Shown here: positions 9,136 to 19,375 of the stretch, piece after piece | Position numbering within the stretch: position 1 is the first letter of the stretch | Layout: every line of letters starts with the position of its first letter | Notes under the pieces: generated by a model | Told to the model about the DNA's origin: nothing | Seen by the model: the letters and a program-made list of their open reading frames with translations, nothing else | Databases searched by the model: none | NCBI GenBank assembly: GCA_021323945.1 | Contig: JAJPKA010000018.1 | Span: 162,853 to 226,852 of the forward strand | DNA from: Pseudomonadota bacterium | GTDB taxonomy: Bacteria; Desulfobacterota; Binatia; Binatales; Binataceae | Length of the DNA: 64,000 nucleotides | Direction: 5' to 3' | Position numbers and translations under genes: made by a program

Positions 9136-10359
9136 ATGAGGTTCCCGACAACCACTCTGCCATTTTCCCTAGGGTCGCTTATTTTGGCGCTGGTGGTGTG
9201 CAGCTGGGGTTGCGTCAAACCGTCGCCGTATCGAATCGCGGAGCGCTATATCGAGAATCTGCGGCAATATAAATACGCGCAATGTTATGCTCTCCTTTCG
9301 GCAAAGGACCGAGAGCAGCGACCCTTGTATCAATTCCTCACTGAGATTCCACTGGCGCCGGAAGTCAGTCCGATTTGGTTTCGCCCGATTTTGCGTGCCA
9401 TGCGTTTCCAACTGAGTGATGAACGTCGCAATTCGGATGGCAGTGCCTATGTAGCTGTGAGAGTGACCGCTCCCGACCTGCCCAGTTGGGAACGTTCACT
9501 CGACGCGAATGCTCGGGACAATGACTCAATAAGCCGACTAGTAGAGCGCTCGCTGGCCGCTGGCACTTACCCCACGATAACCTACGAGGACAGGATTGTC
9601 CTAATAAGGGAATATCATCATTGGCGAGTATTGGTAGGGTTCGAGGCGCGGGACAGTGTTCTCAAGAGGCATCGCCTGGCTCTGAACGATTTCTATGCCG
9701 GACGGCTCGACCAGGCCATTGCCCAATTCAGCTTACTTATTAGAAAGCTGCAGGAAATGCCCGGTACCGGCAATCTGGGAATCGCGGCGCGTTTGCGCTT
9801 GCAGGCTGCCACCTTGCAGCGGCTCAAAGCTGAAGAAAGCGCTCTCGCCGCCTACCGAACCCAGCTCAAGCTCGACCAAGTTGCCATGCGAATGGCAGCG
9901 GAGCGCGTACCCGCAATCTTTGGGACCATTACAAATGGAGGCAATAGGCCAATCGATGAGCTTAGACTGGCCGTAACTTGGTATGAGGGCCGAGGTCGCA
10001 GTCTTAGGGTAGTGCACCGAGAGGAGCACGCGATCGTTGTGACCCCGATTCAGTTCACCGATTTCACGCGTAGGGTAACTCCGTTTTTACCCGGTGAGAA
10101 GCGTCAATTCGGTTTCATTCTGAGCGCGCCTCCCGAGGTGCAGCAGAACGCGACACCGCGTGTGAGTGTTGCCTCGCTCGCGTTTACCGAAATTCCAGCA
10201 GTGCTTCCGATGCTCGCAACGCCTGCGCCCCCGCACACGGCCGGACCCGTGAGCGATTCGGTGCGGCGTTTGCGTGCTACGCCGGCCATGACACCAGGCG
10301 ATGTATCGCTTGCCCCTGACGATCAGACCGGCAAGCTAGCACGCGGAGCCGCGCAATGA
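9136..10359 (+). CDS. Hypothetical lipoprotein
   Basis: 407-aa ORF between co-oriented genes; hydrophobic N-terminus ending SWGC (lipobox-like); beta-rich C-terminal segment IFGTITNGGNRPI. Confidence 0.6.
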   Translation: MRFPTTTLPFSLGSLILALVVCSWGCVKPSPYRIAERYIENLRQYKYAQCYALLSAKDREQRPLYQFLTEIPLAPEVSPIWFRPILRAMRFQLSDERRNSDGSAYVAVRVTAPDLPSWERSLDANARDNDSISRLVERSLAAGTYPTITYEDRIVLIREYHHWRVLVGFEARDSVLKRHRLALNDFYAGRLDQAIAQFSLLIRKLQEMPGTGNLGIAARLRLQAATLQRLKAEESALAAYRTQLKLDQVAMRMAAERVPAIFGTITNGGNRPIDELRLAVTWYEGRGRSLRVVHREEHAIVVTPIQFTDFTRRVTPFLPGEKRQFGFILSAPPEVQQNATPRVSVASLAFTEIPAVLPMLATPAPPHTAGPVSDSVRRLRATPAMTPGDVSLAPDDQTGKLARGAAQ

Positions 10360-10390
10360 TGGGGGAGCCGCGACCTGGGGGAGCGCCACT

Positions 10391-11329
10391 TTGCCAACTC
10401 TGGTTACGATAGCCGTGCCCACTTATAATCGGCGGCATCTCCTCGAAAAGACGCTGGCGAGTATAGCAGCCATAGAGTTGCCCAGCGGGGTCAACGCCGA
10501 GTGCATCGTTGTCGATAATCGTTCGACCGACGATACCCGTCAGTTGGTCGCGGAATTTAGCACCCGCTCCGTATTTCCGACCAACTACGTGTACGAAGAG
10601 AGACCGGGTTCCAGCCACGCGCGCAATCGGGCCGTAGAGGAAGCGCATGGAGAGTTTATCCTTTTTATTGACGATGACGCGGTGGCTGAGCCGAGCTGGG
10701 TCGCTGAGATGCTGAGCGAAATGCAGCGTCGTCAGCTCGACGTAGCTTGCGGCATGGTAGTGCCGCAGTGGTGCCAAACACCTCCTCGCTGGCTCGGGCC
10801 GAGCCTCTACGCGCGCCTAGCAATTCACGACGCCGCGCGACTCCTCAGCGCTGAACCGGCCGAACGTAACAAGATTCATAATTATTTCAGCGCGAACGTT
10901 GGTTTCCGACGGCGAGTCTTCGAACGATTCGGCGGATTTCGAGCGGATTTGGGCGTAGTCGGGAGCAATCCGATCTCGGGGGAAGACACCGAATTATTCA
11001 CCCGCATCGTAGCGGGTGGAGGGCTTATCGGTTTCGCACCACGTGCTCGCGTCCGTCATATCATTCCAGCTGAGCGGATGCGGCGCTATTACCTGTGGCG
11101 AAAGAGTTTTGCCTTTGGTTATGGCAGTGCCCTGCTTGGCGGCCGCACCCATAATCACCTCGACAAGCTCGCGCGCAATGCAGTTCGTTTGCTAGCGGCG
11201 GCGGCGCGGGGTAATGGTGAACGTGTCGTCTATCATGCACTGGAATGTGCTAACTTTTTGGGATATGTACGCGGGCGCTTGGATGTGAGGCTGGCTCGAA
11301 GTCGTGCCGATGGTCGCTCGAGTCGCTAG
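10391..11329 (+). CDS. Glycosyltransferase family 2
   Basis: VTIAVPTYNR, VVDNRSTD, FIDDD, SGEDTEL. Confidence 0.92.
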   Translation: MPTLVTIAVPTYNRRHLLEKTLASIAAIELPSGVNAECIVVDNRSTDDTRQLVAEFSTRSVFPTNYVYEERPGSSHARNRAVEEAHGEFILFIDDDAVAEPSWVAEMLSEMQRRQLDVACGMVVPQWCQTPPRWLGPSLYARLAIHDAARLLSAEPAERNKIHNYFSANVGFRRRVFERFGGFRADLGVVGSNPISGEDTELFTRIVAGGGLIGFAPRARVRHIIPAERMRRYYLWRKSFAFGYGSALLGGRTHNHLDKLARNAVRLLAAAARGNGERVVYHALECANFLGYVRGRLDVRLARSRADGRSSR

Positions 11330-11352
11330 CAGCTTAAGGAGTCCCGTAAGAT

Positions 11353-12294
11353 TCAGCGACGGGTGAGTTTATCGATCTCCCCGAGATCCTCATTGGTCAG
11401 CTTCCACGAAGACGCCTTGACATTTTCGCTCACTTGTTCGGGACGCGTGGCACCGCAAATCACACTGGCTACCTGAGGCTGCGCTGCGAGCCAGCTCACG
11501 GCGAGCTCGAGCAGGGTGTGCCCGCGCTCCTTTACGAACGTTTCCAACTTCTGGAGTGTCGCGAAATTTTCTTCAGTCAACACCTGATCGGCTAAGCGCT
11601 GGGTGGAGGCCAGGCGTGTACCCTTCGGAGGTGGCGTATGGGGACGATACTTGCCAGTAAGAAAACCGCTGGCCAATGGAAAATAAGGCACAAGGCCGAT
11701 ATTGAAGTGCTGGCACGCCGGAATTAATTCGCGCTCGATCGAACGGTCCAGCAAATTGTATTGATTTTGGGCGCAGATGTAGGAGGTCAGGTGACATTCG
11801 CGTGAGATACTCAGCGCATTAACCAACTGCCAACCTGAGTAATTGCTACAGCCGATGTAACGAACCTTGCCTGATCGCACCAGGATGTCGAATGCTTCCA
11901 AAGTTTCCTGCTCGGGAGTCGAGGGATCGGGAGTGTGAATGTAGTAGAGGTCGATATAGTCTGTATTGAGGCGGCGCAAACTGGCTTCACACGCTGCGAT
12001 GATATGGCGCCGAGAGGCGCCAGTGTTATAGGGTCCCTCGCCCATTGCCATCCCGACTTTGGTGGCCAGCACGACGTCGTGGCGACGGTTGCCCAATATT
12101 TTGCCAAGCATCTCTTCGGAACGGCCGCGGCCGCCGTAGATATTAGCCTCATCAAAAAAAGAAATGCCCTCGTCCAAAGCTTTGTGCACTACTTCGCGGG
12201 CTTGCTCAAAGTCGATTCGCATCCCGAAATTGTTGCAGCCAAGTCCCGCAAGAGATACTTTCAGACCGGATTTGCCAAGATTGCGAAATTCCAT
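11353..12294 (-). CDS. Aldo/keto reductase
   Basis: LGKSGLKVS, DEANIYG, LATK, SLRRLNTDYIDLY, GKVRYIGCSN, PLASGFLTGKY. Confidence 0.95.
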   Translation of the reverse strand: MEFRNLGKSGLKVSLAGLGCNNFGMRIDFEQAREVVHKALDEGISFFDEANIYGGRGRSEEMLGKILGNRRHDVVLATKVGMAMGEGPYNTGASRRHIIAACEASLRRLNTDYIDLYYIHTPDPSTPEQETLEAFDILVRSGKVRYIGCSNYSGWQLVNALSISRECHLTSYICAQNQYNLLDRSIERELIPACQHFNIGLVPYFPLASGFLTGKYRPHTPPPKGTRLASTQRLADQVLTEENFATLQKLETFVKERGHTLLELAVSWLAAQPQVASVICGATRPEQVSENVKASSWKLTNEDLGEIDKLTRR

Positions 12295-12631
12295 CTGCTT
12301 TCACCGGAATCATAACTCAGGATTCACAACTGCTTGGGGGCTCGCTCGAGCGATGCGGGTCTCGTGGGACCCGCGCTTCATCGCTCTGCTACCGGGTGCT
12401 GCCCCACAGAAAAAAAGCAGCAGGCAACCGAGCAGCGGTGCCATGTCGAGATTTAAAGCATCTGGCCGCCTTCGCGTGCAAGCATTAAAGGCGGCACCGA
12501 CAGCGACTCGATTTGGGTCCGCGCCGACATTTGACAGAAGGCCAAGATTCCTGCGAAACAAACCCTGGGCTGGCGGCCACGAACCAATGCACAACGCGAC
12601 GGGGGCGCCCAGACGACAGAGGAGAAGCACG

Positions 12632-13819
12632 GTGGACTTCAGATTCAGTGAAGAAGACGAGGCTTTTCGCCACGACTTCAGGCGCTGGCTCGAGGCTAAC
12701 TTGCCGCGCGATTGGCGGGATGACGGCGAATTACACGACCCAGAGACCAAGGAGGAATTCGAGCGACGCCGAGCGTGGCATCGTAAGCTTTACGACGCGG
12801 GCTGGATGTGCATCCATTGGCCCAAAGAATACGGGGGTCGCGGCGCAAGCCTTATTCAGCAGTTCATCTATCATCAGGAGCTCGAGCGGGTTAAGGCACC
12901 CCCGACCGTGAACTTTCAGGGCATAGCCCGCGTCGGGCCGACCCTGATGCAGTGGGGCACGTCTGAACAGAAACGGCGCTATCTGCCCAAAATACCACCA
13001 GCCGAGGAGATCTGGTGTCAAGGTTTGTCCGAGCCTAATCACGGCTCCGACCTGGCCGCGGTCGAGACTCGCGCTGTGGACGAGGGTGACCACTTCGTCG
13101 TCAACGGCTGCAAGGTGTGGACCTCCAACGCGCATCATGCGGATTTTACCACCTTGCTATGCCGGACGGATCCGAGCCTGCCGAAGCACAAAGGTTTGAG
13201 CTATCTGCTCGTTGACATGCGCAGCCCCGGGATCACTGTTCGCCCATTGGTGCAAATCACCGGCGAACGAGCCTTCAACCAGGTTTTTTTCGAAGACGTC
13301 AGGGTTCCCAAGACCAACTTGGTGGGCGAGAAGAACCAGGGCTGGCTAGTCGCCATGACCAACATGATGTTCGAGCGCACGATTCACGGTGGTCGCACGG
13401 ATATGATGGTGGAAGTGCGTCAAGTTGTCGAACTGGCCAAAAAGGTCAATTGGAACGGACGTCCAGCCTGGGAGGATGAATACGTTCGACAGCAAATCGC
13501 ACGATTTGCCTGCGAAGCTGAAGGCCTCAAGTACACCAGTTTGCGGCAGCTCACCAGGCAATTGAAAGGATTACCACCCGGTCCCGAAGGCTCAATCATG
13601 AAGCTCGCAACCAGCGACCTCAACCTGCGTCTGCAGATGTTCGCAATGCAGTTGCTCGGACCATATAGCCAATTCGAGTACCGCGCACCGGGCGCTATTG
13701 ATCACGGCAAATGGTCGCATCGAATGCTCGCGGCAAGGCGTGCGACGATCGCAGCCGGAACCAACGAAATCCAGCACAATATCATCGGTGAGCGCGTTCT
13801 GGGACTCCCGAAAGGCTAG
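12632..13819 (+). CDS. Acyl-CoA dehydrogenase family protein
   Basis: WPKEYGGRG, WCQGLSEPNHGSDLA, NGCKVWTS, FNQVFFEDVRVP, IAAGTNEIQHNIIGERVLGLP. GTG 12632 follows AGAGGAG. Confidence 0.95.
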   Translation: MDFRFSEEDEAFRHDFRRWLEANLPRDWRDDGELHDPETKEEFERRRAWHRKLYDAGWMCIHWPKEYGGRGASLIQQFIYHQELERVKAPPTVNFQGIARVGPTLMQWGTSEQKRRYLPKIPPAEEIWCQGLSEPNHGSDLAAVETRAVDEGDHFVVNGCKVWTSNAHHADFTTLLCRTDPSLPKHKGLSYLLVDMRSPGITVRPLVQITGERAFNQVFFEDVRVPKTNLVGEKNQGWLVAMTNMMFERTIHGGRTDMMVEVRQVVELAKKVNWNGRPAWEDEYVRQQIARFACEAEGLKYTSLRQLTRQLKGLPPGPEGSIMKLATSDLNLRLQMFAMQLLGPYSQFEYRAPGAIDHGKWSHRMLAARRATIAAGTNEIQHNIIGERVLGLPKG

Positions 13820-13923
13820 AGGCCTCCGCCGGACAGCCCATTGCTACCCAAACAGCCGTAGATGCCTTCGACCCAGGAGGGCGCGGGTCAGAGCCAATAA
13901 GGCGGCGCGCGCATGTTCTGCGC

Positions 13924-15222
13924 TCACTCGAGGCTGCCGGCCGGATCATCGAGTGCCGGCGAGGGCAGGGGAGGATGCGAGCGACGGGCTGACCATAACC
14001 GCTTGAGCCACACCGAGATCAGCAGCGGAATTTCCAAGGCGGTAGGCAATAAGTCGTCGATAGCGAAAACTGCCGGTTGTGTTCGCAAGAACAAACCGCG
14101 AGCGTACGATTTGGGAGAAACCATGCCCTTCCAGATTCCGGCCGTGGCCGCCGGAATATCGGTCACCAGCCGCATCCATCGGCATCCGCTAGCGGCATGG
14201 ATTTCTGTAATGGGCTGCTTGTAAGCGAGTCGCCAGAACAGGTAAGGGAAATCTATTCCGGCCTGTAGGCCGATCGTATGCCAGCCCCAAACACGCGGGT
14301 TTACGTCTAGAATCTTGTATTGCCCATCGCGGGGGTCCTGTTTAAACTCCACCTCAACCAAGCCAGTAAAACGCAAAGCCTGCAGAAATCTGCGGGCATC
14401 ATGCTCAACTCTACTGTTCTCAATGGTCTCGACGTACGAACTCGACCGACCGAAAGCGGTTGGGTATTGACGTAAACGCCGAGCCGTCACGGTAGCCAAC
14501 GGTTTCCCGTCGACACAAAGCGCACCGAAGGCGAACTGATACTCGCCGCAGCCTGGAATCATTTCTTGAATCATGACGGCGTGTGAGCCGACGAGCTTGC
14601 ACGCTTCTTCGTAGCGATCCAAGAGCTGTTCGCGGTTGCGCACCAGCCAGGCTTTGGCCCGGGTGAAGCTATTATCGTTCTCTTTAAATGCTGGTTTGAG
14701 AATTGCCGGAAATGGGAAGTCCAGTGATGCCACTTCCTCAGGACTGCGGGCACATGCTGTGCGAGGGAAGCCGATTTTTAGCGCACGCGCCAGCCTGTAC
14801 GTGAGTCGCTTATCGTATGCCCATTTGAGTACCTTCCAGGGTGAAGTGGCCAACGTGAAGTACTGACCCAGAAAGTTTTGATGCCGGGCAATTAGAGCAG
14901 CATGACCATCGTCGGTAGGTACTAAAAGCCAGTGGCGCAAACGAAACTCGGATGCGAGTTGGGTCAGAAAGCGAAGCTGCGCTGATTCTTCCTGAGGCCA
15001 CGCAAAATGCCTCAGGGCGTACCGCGATTTGGCAGCGATCGATTGCTGGCCGACCAATACCCATACCGGTATGCCCTGGCGCCCCAGACTGCGGACCACC
15101 GTCAGTCCTCTGTAGTCTGCGCCGATTACAATTGCTCCCGGTTTTTCAGCGGCCTCGACGGACTTCGAGTCGCCAGGTTGCGATGGGGCTGCACTAGCCA
15201 AAGCGGCTAACCCCCAAAACAT
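13924..15222 (-). CDS. ATP-grasp carboxylate-amine ligase (D-aspartate-ligase-like)
   Basis: LTVVRSLGRQG, LVPTDD, DKRLTY, FPAILKP, MIQEMIPG, EVEFKQDPRDG, DVNPR. Overlaps the 3' end of the upstream flavoprotein gene; exact start uncertain. Confidence 0.85.
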   Translation of the reverse strand: MFWGLAALASAAPSQPGDSKSVEAAEKPGAIVIGADYRGLTVVRSLGRQGIPVWVLVGQQSIAAKSRYALRHFAWPQEESAQLRFLTQLASEFRLRHWLLVPTDDGHAALIARHQNFLGQYFTLATSPWKVLKWAYDKRLTYRLARALKIGFPRTACARSPEEVASLDFPFPAILKPAFKENDNSFTRAKAWLVRNREQLLDRYEEACKLVGSHAVMIQEMIPGCGEYQFAFGALCVDGKPLATVTARRLRQYPTAFGRSSSYVETIENSRVEHDARRFLQALRFTGLVEVEFKQDPRDGQYKILDVNPRVWGWHTIGLQAGIDFPYLFWRLAYKQPITEIHAASGCRWMRLVTDIPAATAGIWKGMVSPKSYARGLFLRTQPAVFAIDDLLPTALEIPLLISVWLKRLWSARRSHPPLPSPALDDPAGSLE

Positions 15223-16438
15223 AATTGATCAGTGCACGCGAACTGTACTCGGTGCCGGAAACAAACCGCATCAGGGGGCCGAAGCTCCAGGCCCCACAAG
15301 CACCGAGAAAGTGCAAACCCGAAACCGAAGATTCCAAGCCAGGGCCCAAAACCGGATATCCCTGGACACGGTCAACGGCGCCCAACAGCTGCGGTGCGAG
15401 GAATTCATAGCGGGAAATATCAACCCGATATCCGGTGGCCAAGATGGCGTGATCCACCATCCGCCGAGTTCCGTCGCTCAAAGTTAGTTGAAGCCGACCG
15501 TTCAGCTTTTCGGCCTTACTGATCTCGCGGCCAGTGGTAATAGTCACCCGGCTCAACCGCGGCTTGACCCACGCCGCGCCGGCCGGCCGGATTGCCCTCC
15601 TTACCATCCAGTCGCGCAATCGCGAAGGGAACAGCTTCAGCAGCCTAGGGCGCGAAACAACGTGGGTGAGTATCGGCGGTCCCACATCAGCTCGAGAGCG
15701 CAGCAGCCGATCGGCACCAGTCAGGTCACGTCGCAACCTCGCTTTTCCGGTCAACCAGTAAATGCGCGGGTTTCTAGCGATGAGCTCCACTTGCGCCCCC
15801 GCCTCGCTCAACAGCGCGGCACTTTCGAGTGCACTCTGGCCCCCGCCCACTACGACGACGCTTCGTCCAGCAAAACCGGTGAAATCGCGATGTTGCGAGG
15901 AATGCGTAACCAATTCTTCTGCTAAGCGCACAGAGTCGAAAACCTGCGGTGTGTACGCGAAGGCCTCGATACCGGCAGCGATTATCACGCGGTCGACGCA
16001 GTAGCGTTCGCCGTCTTCCAGGAGTAATGCGAATTCTCTTCCATTGTGTTCGAGTCGCAGTACACGTCGCCGCTGGACGTCGGGAATACCCTGGCTCTGG
16101 AACCACATCCCATAACCAAGGAAGTGACGAAGAGGGATCGGAAGCGAAATCTCCAGCCGATGCTCACGCTCGTACGCATCCAGACTAAGGGCGTGGGCAG
16201 GGTCGGAGATGTTCGAAGCGTACCAGGCGGAACGCAACATCATTCCCTGCGGCATACGGGATTGCCAGAATCCCATCGGTTCACCGAAGACGACCGACTT
16301 GACTCCGGCGGCCCTCAAGTAAGCTGCCGCCGAGAGGCCATACGGGCCAGCGCCAATAACCGCGACCCGTTGCTGCGCGTACTTGGGCACAGCAATCGTG
16401 ATCGACGAACCGTTTGAGATAGCCGCTGCGCGATTCAT
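15194..16438 (-). CDS. FAD/NAD(P)-dependent oxidoreductase, FMO/class B monooxygenase-like
   Basis: Two Rossmann motifs (IGAGPYG, VGGGQSA), THSS..H, and HAILATGY. Confidence 0.85.
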   Translation of the reverse strand: MNRAAAISNGSSITIAVPKYAQQRVAVIGAGPYGLSAAAYLRAAGVKSVVFGEPMGFWQSRMPQGMMLRSAWYASNISDPAHALSLDAYEREHRLEISLPIPLRHFLGYGMWFQSQGIPDVQRRRVLRLEHNGREFALLLEDGERYCVDRVIIAAGIEAFAYTPQVFDSVRLAEELVTHSSQHRDFTGFAGRSVVVVGGGQSALESAALLSEAGAQVELIARNPRIYWLTGKARLRRDLTGADRLLRSRADVGPPILTHVVSRPRLLKLFPSRLRDWMVRRAIRPAGAAWVKPRLSRVTITTGREISKAEKLNGRLQLTLSDGTRRMVDHAILATGYRVDISRYEFLAPQLLGAVDRVQGYPVLGPGLESSVSGLHFLGACGAWSFGPLMRFVSGTEYSSRALINYVLGVSRFG

Positions 16439-16832
16439 TTGGTGTTCGAATAACAGGTCCCGACGCCTATACGCTTAGATGGAATTTTGACCTCTCTCTT
16501 TATCGCTTCGCCCTACAGCTGAAATCTGGCGCGACGACCTTTCCCTGGCCAGTTTCATTGAGAGGCTCCTATCGTGCGTCGTCAGCGATTTGCGTTTGCC
16601 TAGCAACCCTCGGCTTCGGGCGGCGAATTGCGAATAATAGTTTCATCCGTCGCCACACGACGATTATAGCCGCTCAAAAAAGTGTACTGGAGACGAATCA
16701 TCTTCAAAACAACCAGCGTCTTGATCGTCAGGATTGCTCACCTGTCCTCGCATTTGCGACCTCTTAAGGTTTCCGGCTCATTCTCAGACGTGAAGCGATT
16801 TTCTGTGTCAGGGCAAAGCCAGGACAGTACCA

Positions 16833-18665
16833 TTACACATTGCGCAGACGTTCGAGGTCGATTGGATGGCCCACCCGCTGGCGGAGCGTGTTAACCTCGT
16901 ACGACGTCGAGTTCTTTCGCTGAACCAAAAAATTATCAAGAAAAAGAAAATCTATGCCGCAATTCAGAAAGGTTTCGAGCGCCTGCTGGGGAGTATTGAC
17001 TATTGGCTGTCCCTTGACATTGAAACTCGTGTTGAGAACCATTTCTCGCCCGGTCACCCGCCCAACTGCCTCAAGCAATGTGTGAAAAGCATGATTATCT
17101 TCGGGCGAGACCGTTTGCAGGCGCGCCGAACCATCAACATGAGTGACGGCGGGCAATGTGCTGCGATGGGCTTCGCGCACGTCGACCGTCGTGATCATAT
17201 ACGGGAGCTCCACGCCGGGAGCTATATCGAACCAGCGAGGCGCTTCCCGCAATGTCACTGCGGGTGCAAACGGCCGAAACGCTTCTCGCATCTTGACCAT
17301 CGCATTTATTCGGTGACGCATATCGGGATCGCCTGGGTCGGCGAGAATACTGCGATGACCGAGTGCGCGCGGCCCAAATTCCATGCGTCCGCGGTACCAG
17401 CCCACGACGCAACCGCCCGCGATGAGTCGAGCAGCCGCCTGCGCAGCTTCGCTCAATCCGCCTAGCTCAACGTAATCGATCCGGTCGCGGAATCTCGCGA
17501 GTGTCTCAACAATGACCCGCTGGCCGTAGCTCGGGCCAAGAAATGGCACCGGAAGTCGCTTATTCTTGATTTCTCCGTGAACTGAAGCTCGAAAAGCGGC
17601 GGCACCTAATGCTGCACCGTCGTCGCCTGCTGCTGGTTGGACGAAGATTTCGTCAAACGCGCCGCTCCGGAGGATGCGACCATTTGCCGTACAGTTCAGC
17701 GCCACTCCACCTGCTAATGCCAGTCGTCGGAGTCCGGTCTTTCTGCCAAACGAGGTGCAGATGTGTAGCATCACTCGATCAAGGCATTGTTGCAGTGCTG
17801 CGGCGACGTCGCGATGGTCCTGGGTAATGTCGTCTTCGGGCTGCCGGGGTTTGACCAACTCCGCTTCGAGCTTACGTCTGGTCGCCGCGTAAGTCTGACG
17901 TTCCGCTGGCGAGCGATTAAGATGGAGAATCGGGACAGAGACGGTCCCGTCGGGATTCAGCTGGACCGCCTTTTCAAAAAATGAACGGAAGCGCTGCGGA
18001 TCACCATAAGGCGCCAGTCCCATTATCTTGTATTCGTCCGCGTTAAAGTCAAAACCGAGGTGTAAGGTCACAACCGAATATAAGATGCCGATCGAATCGC
18101 GGGCTGGAACTTCAATGAGCTTTTGAAGTTTGCCGTCACTCGCTCGGTAGACTGACGCGCTTTGACTTTCGCCCATTCCGTCGATTACCAAGACCAGGCA
18201 TTCGTCCCAGCCCGAGCAGAAATAAGCGCTGGCCGCATGGGCCAGATGATGATCGACATGATGCACTTTCTGGCGCGGGAAACCCTCCAGACATCGCGCG
18301 ACCTGGGCAGCAACCGCATCTGGAGCAAGCACCTCACGATAAAGACGCGCATTCAGGGGATCAAGCGAATAAGCGATCCGGTGGGGACCATAGTTGAAGC
18401 CGTGGACCACCTCGTCGATCGCCTCCAGGGACAGTCCGGCTTCTGCCAGGCAATACTCAATTGCACGTATGGGAAAGGCGCCGCTGTGTTTGCGACGATT
18501 GAACCGCTCCTCAGCGGCGGCCGCGACTATTTCCCCGTCAACGAACAGCGCTGCTGCCGCATCAAGGCCTTGGACAATGCGATACTCACGTTCCGATAAG
18601 CCGGGCCAATGCTGCTGCTTGAACCGGACCGAACCATCAAATCCACTGAATCCCAGAATTTTCAT
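16833..18665 (-). CDS. O-carbamoyltransferase (NodU/CmcH/TobZ family)
   Basis: EERFNRRKH, HHLAHAASAY, DGMGE, EYKIMGLAPYG, GGVALNC, EFGPRALGHRSILADP, RPFAP, VTHVDGSAR, LNTSFN. Confidence 0.95.
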   Translation of the reverse strand: MKILGFSGFDGSVRFKQQHWPGLSEREYRIVQGLDAAAALFVDGEIVAAAAEERFNRRKHSGAFPIRAIEYCLAEAGLSLEAIDEVVHGFNYGPHRIAYSLDPLNARLYREVLAPDAVAAQVARCLEGFPRQKVHHVDHHLAHAASAYFCSGWDECLVLVIDGMGESQSASVYRASDGKLQKLIEVPARDSIGILYSVVTLHLGFDFNADEYKIMGLAPYGDPQRFRSFFEKAVQLNPDGTVSVPILHLNRSPAERQTYAATRRKLEAELVKPRQPEDDITQDHRDVAAALQQCLDRVMLHICTSFGRKTGLRRLALAGGVALNCTANGRILRSGAFDEIFVQPAAGDDGAALGAAAFRASVHGEIKNKRLPVPFLGPSYGQRVIVETLARFRDRIDYVELGGLSEAAQAAARLIAGGCVVGWYRGRMEFGPRALGHRSILADPGDPDMRHRINAMVKMREAFRPFAPAVTLREAPRWFDIAPGVELPYMITTVDVREAHRSTLPAVTHVDGSARLQTVSPEDNHAFHTLLEAVGRVTGREMVLNTSFNVKGQPIVNTPQQALETFLNCGIDFLFLDNFLVQRKNSTSYEVNTLRQRVGHPIDLERLRNV

Positions 18666-18709
18666 ATTGGCACGTTGGCTAAGACCCAAGTATCACTGTC
18701 ACGTGAATC

Positions 18710-19375
18710 TCACGTATCGGGGCAACTCGTTTCGCGTGTGAGCTCACTGGCCTTTGGGACTGCATCGGCTGCCGATGCGCGTGGTTCGAGCGGCTTGAGA
18801 TTCTGATAGAAGACCTTGAGCGGAGTGTCCCATGTCAGCGGTACACCGCAACGGGCAACGGGTTGGGCCGGGTTACCACGCACCATGGTCATAGGTGGGA
18901 CAGAGCGGCTCACGACACTTCCAGCCGTAACCACGGCGCCTCTGCCCAGCCGCACATTGGGTAGGATGATCGCTCCGGGTCCAATATAGACGTCATCCTC
19001 AATACGAACTGAAACGTAGTCCTTTTCGTCTGTTTCGGGTGGCGGCAATGTGTGCATGTGAGCGAGGATCATGCAACGTGCGCCCAGTTGGACATTATTG
19101 CCCACTGATACCCAGTGAGGGTAGGCGGTTTCTATCAAAACATCGGTAGCCACATGGACCCGCTTCCCCATTGCTACACCACGCATTCGATGAGCCCATA
19201 CACGAAAGGTGAACGCGCCGGGCATTGACCTCGCCAGGATTTGCAACAGGCGGTTCTTGATCCCGACGATCAGCCGCTCGCCGGGCATCGCACGCAGCTT
19301 GTAGCCGGCCTGTGATTGGTCGCGCGGGTTCATGCCAACTTCTCGACGAACATTTCCTGCGTCGGCCTTATGCAC
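18710..19375 (-). CDS. Hexapeptide-repeat (left-handed beta-helix) acyltransferase
   Basis: VSVGNNVQLG, VRIEDDVYIGPGAIILPNVRLGRGAVVTAGSVV, GNPA. The start may be a later ATG. Confidence 0.88.
   Translation of the reverse strand: MHKADAGNVRREVGMNPRDQSQAGYKLRAMPGERLIVGIKNRLLQILARSMPGAFTFRVWAHRMRGVAMGKRVHVATDVLIETAYPHWVSVGNNVQLGARCMILAHMHTLPPPETDEKDYVSVRIEDDVYIGPGAIILPNVRLGRGAVVTAGSVVSRSVPPMTMVRGNPAQPVARCGVPLTWDTPLKVFYQNLKPLEPRASAADAVPKASELTRETSCPDT

Noticed and set aside
12164..12631. 156-aa N-terminal extension on the acyl-CoA dehydrogenase in the ORF track
   Set aside because: It overlaps the divergent aldo/keto reductase, and a good RBS plus GTG at 12632 gives a normal-length protein.
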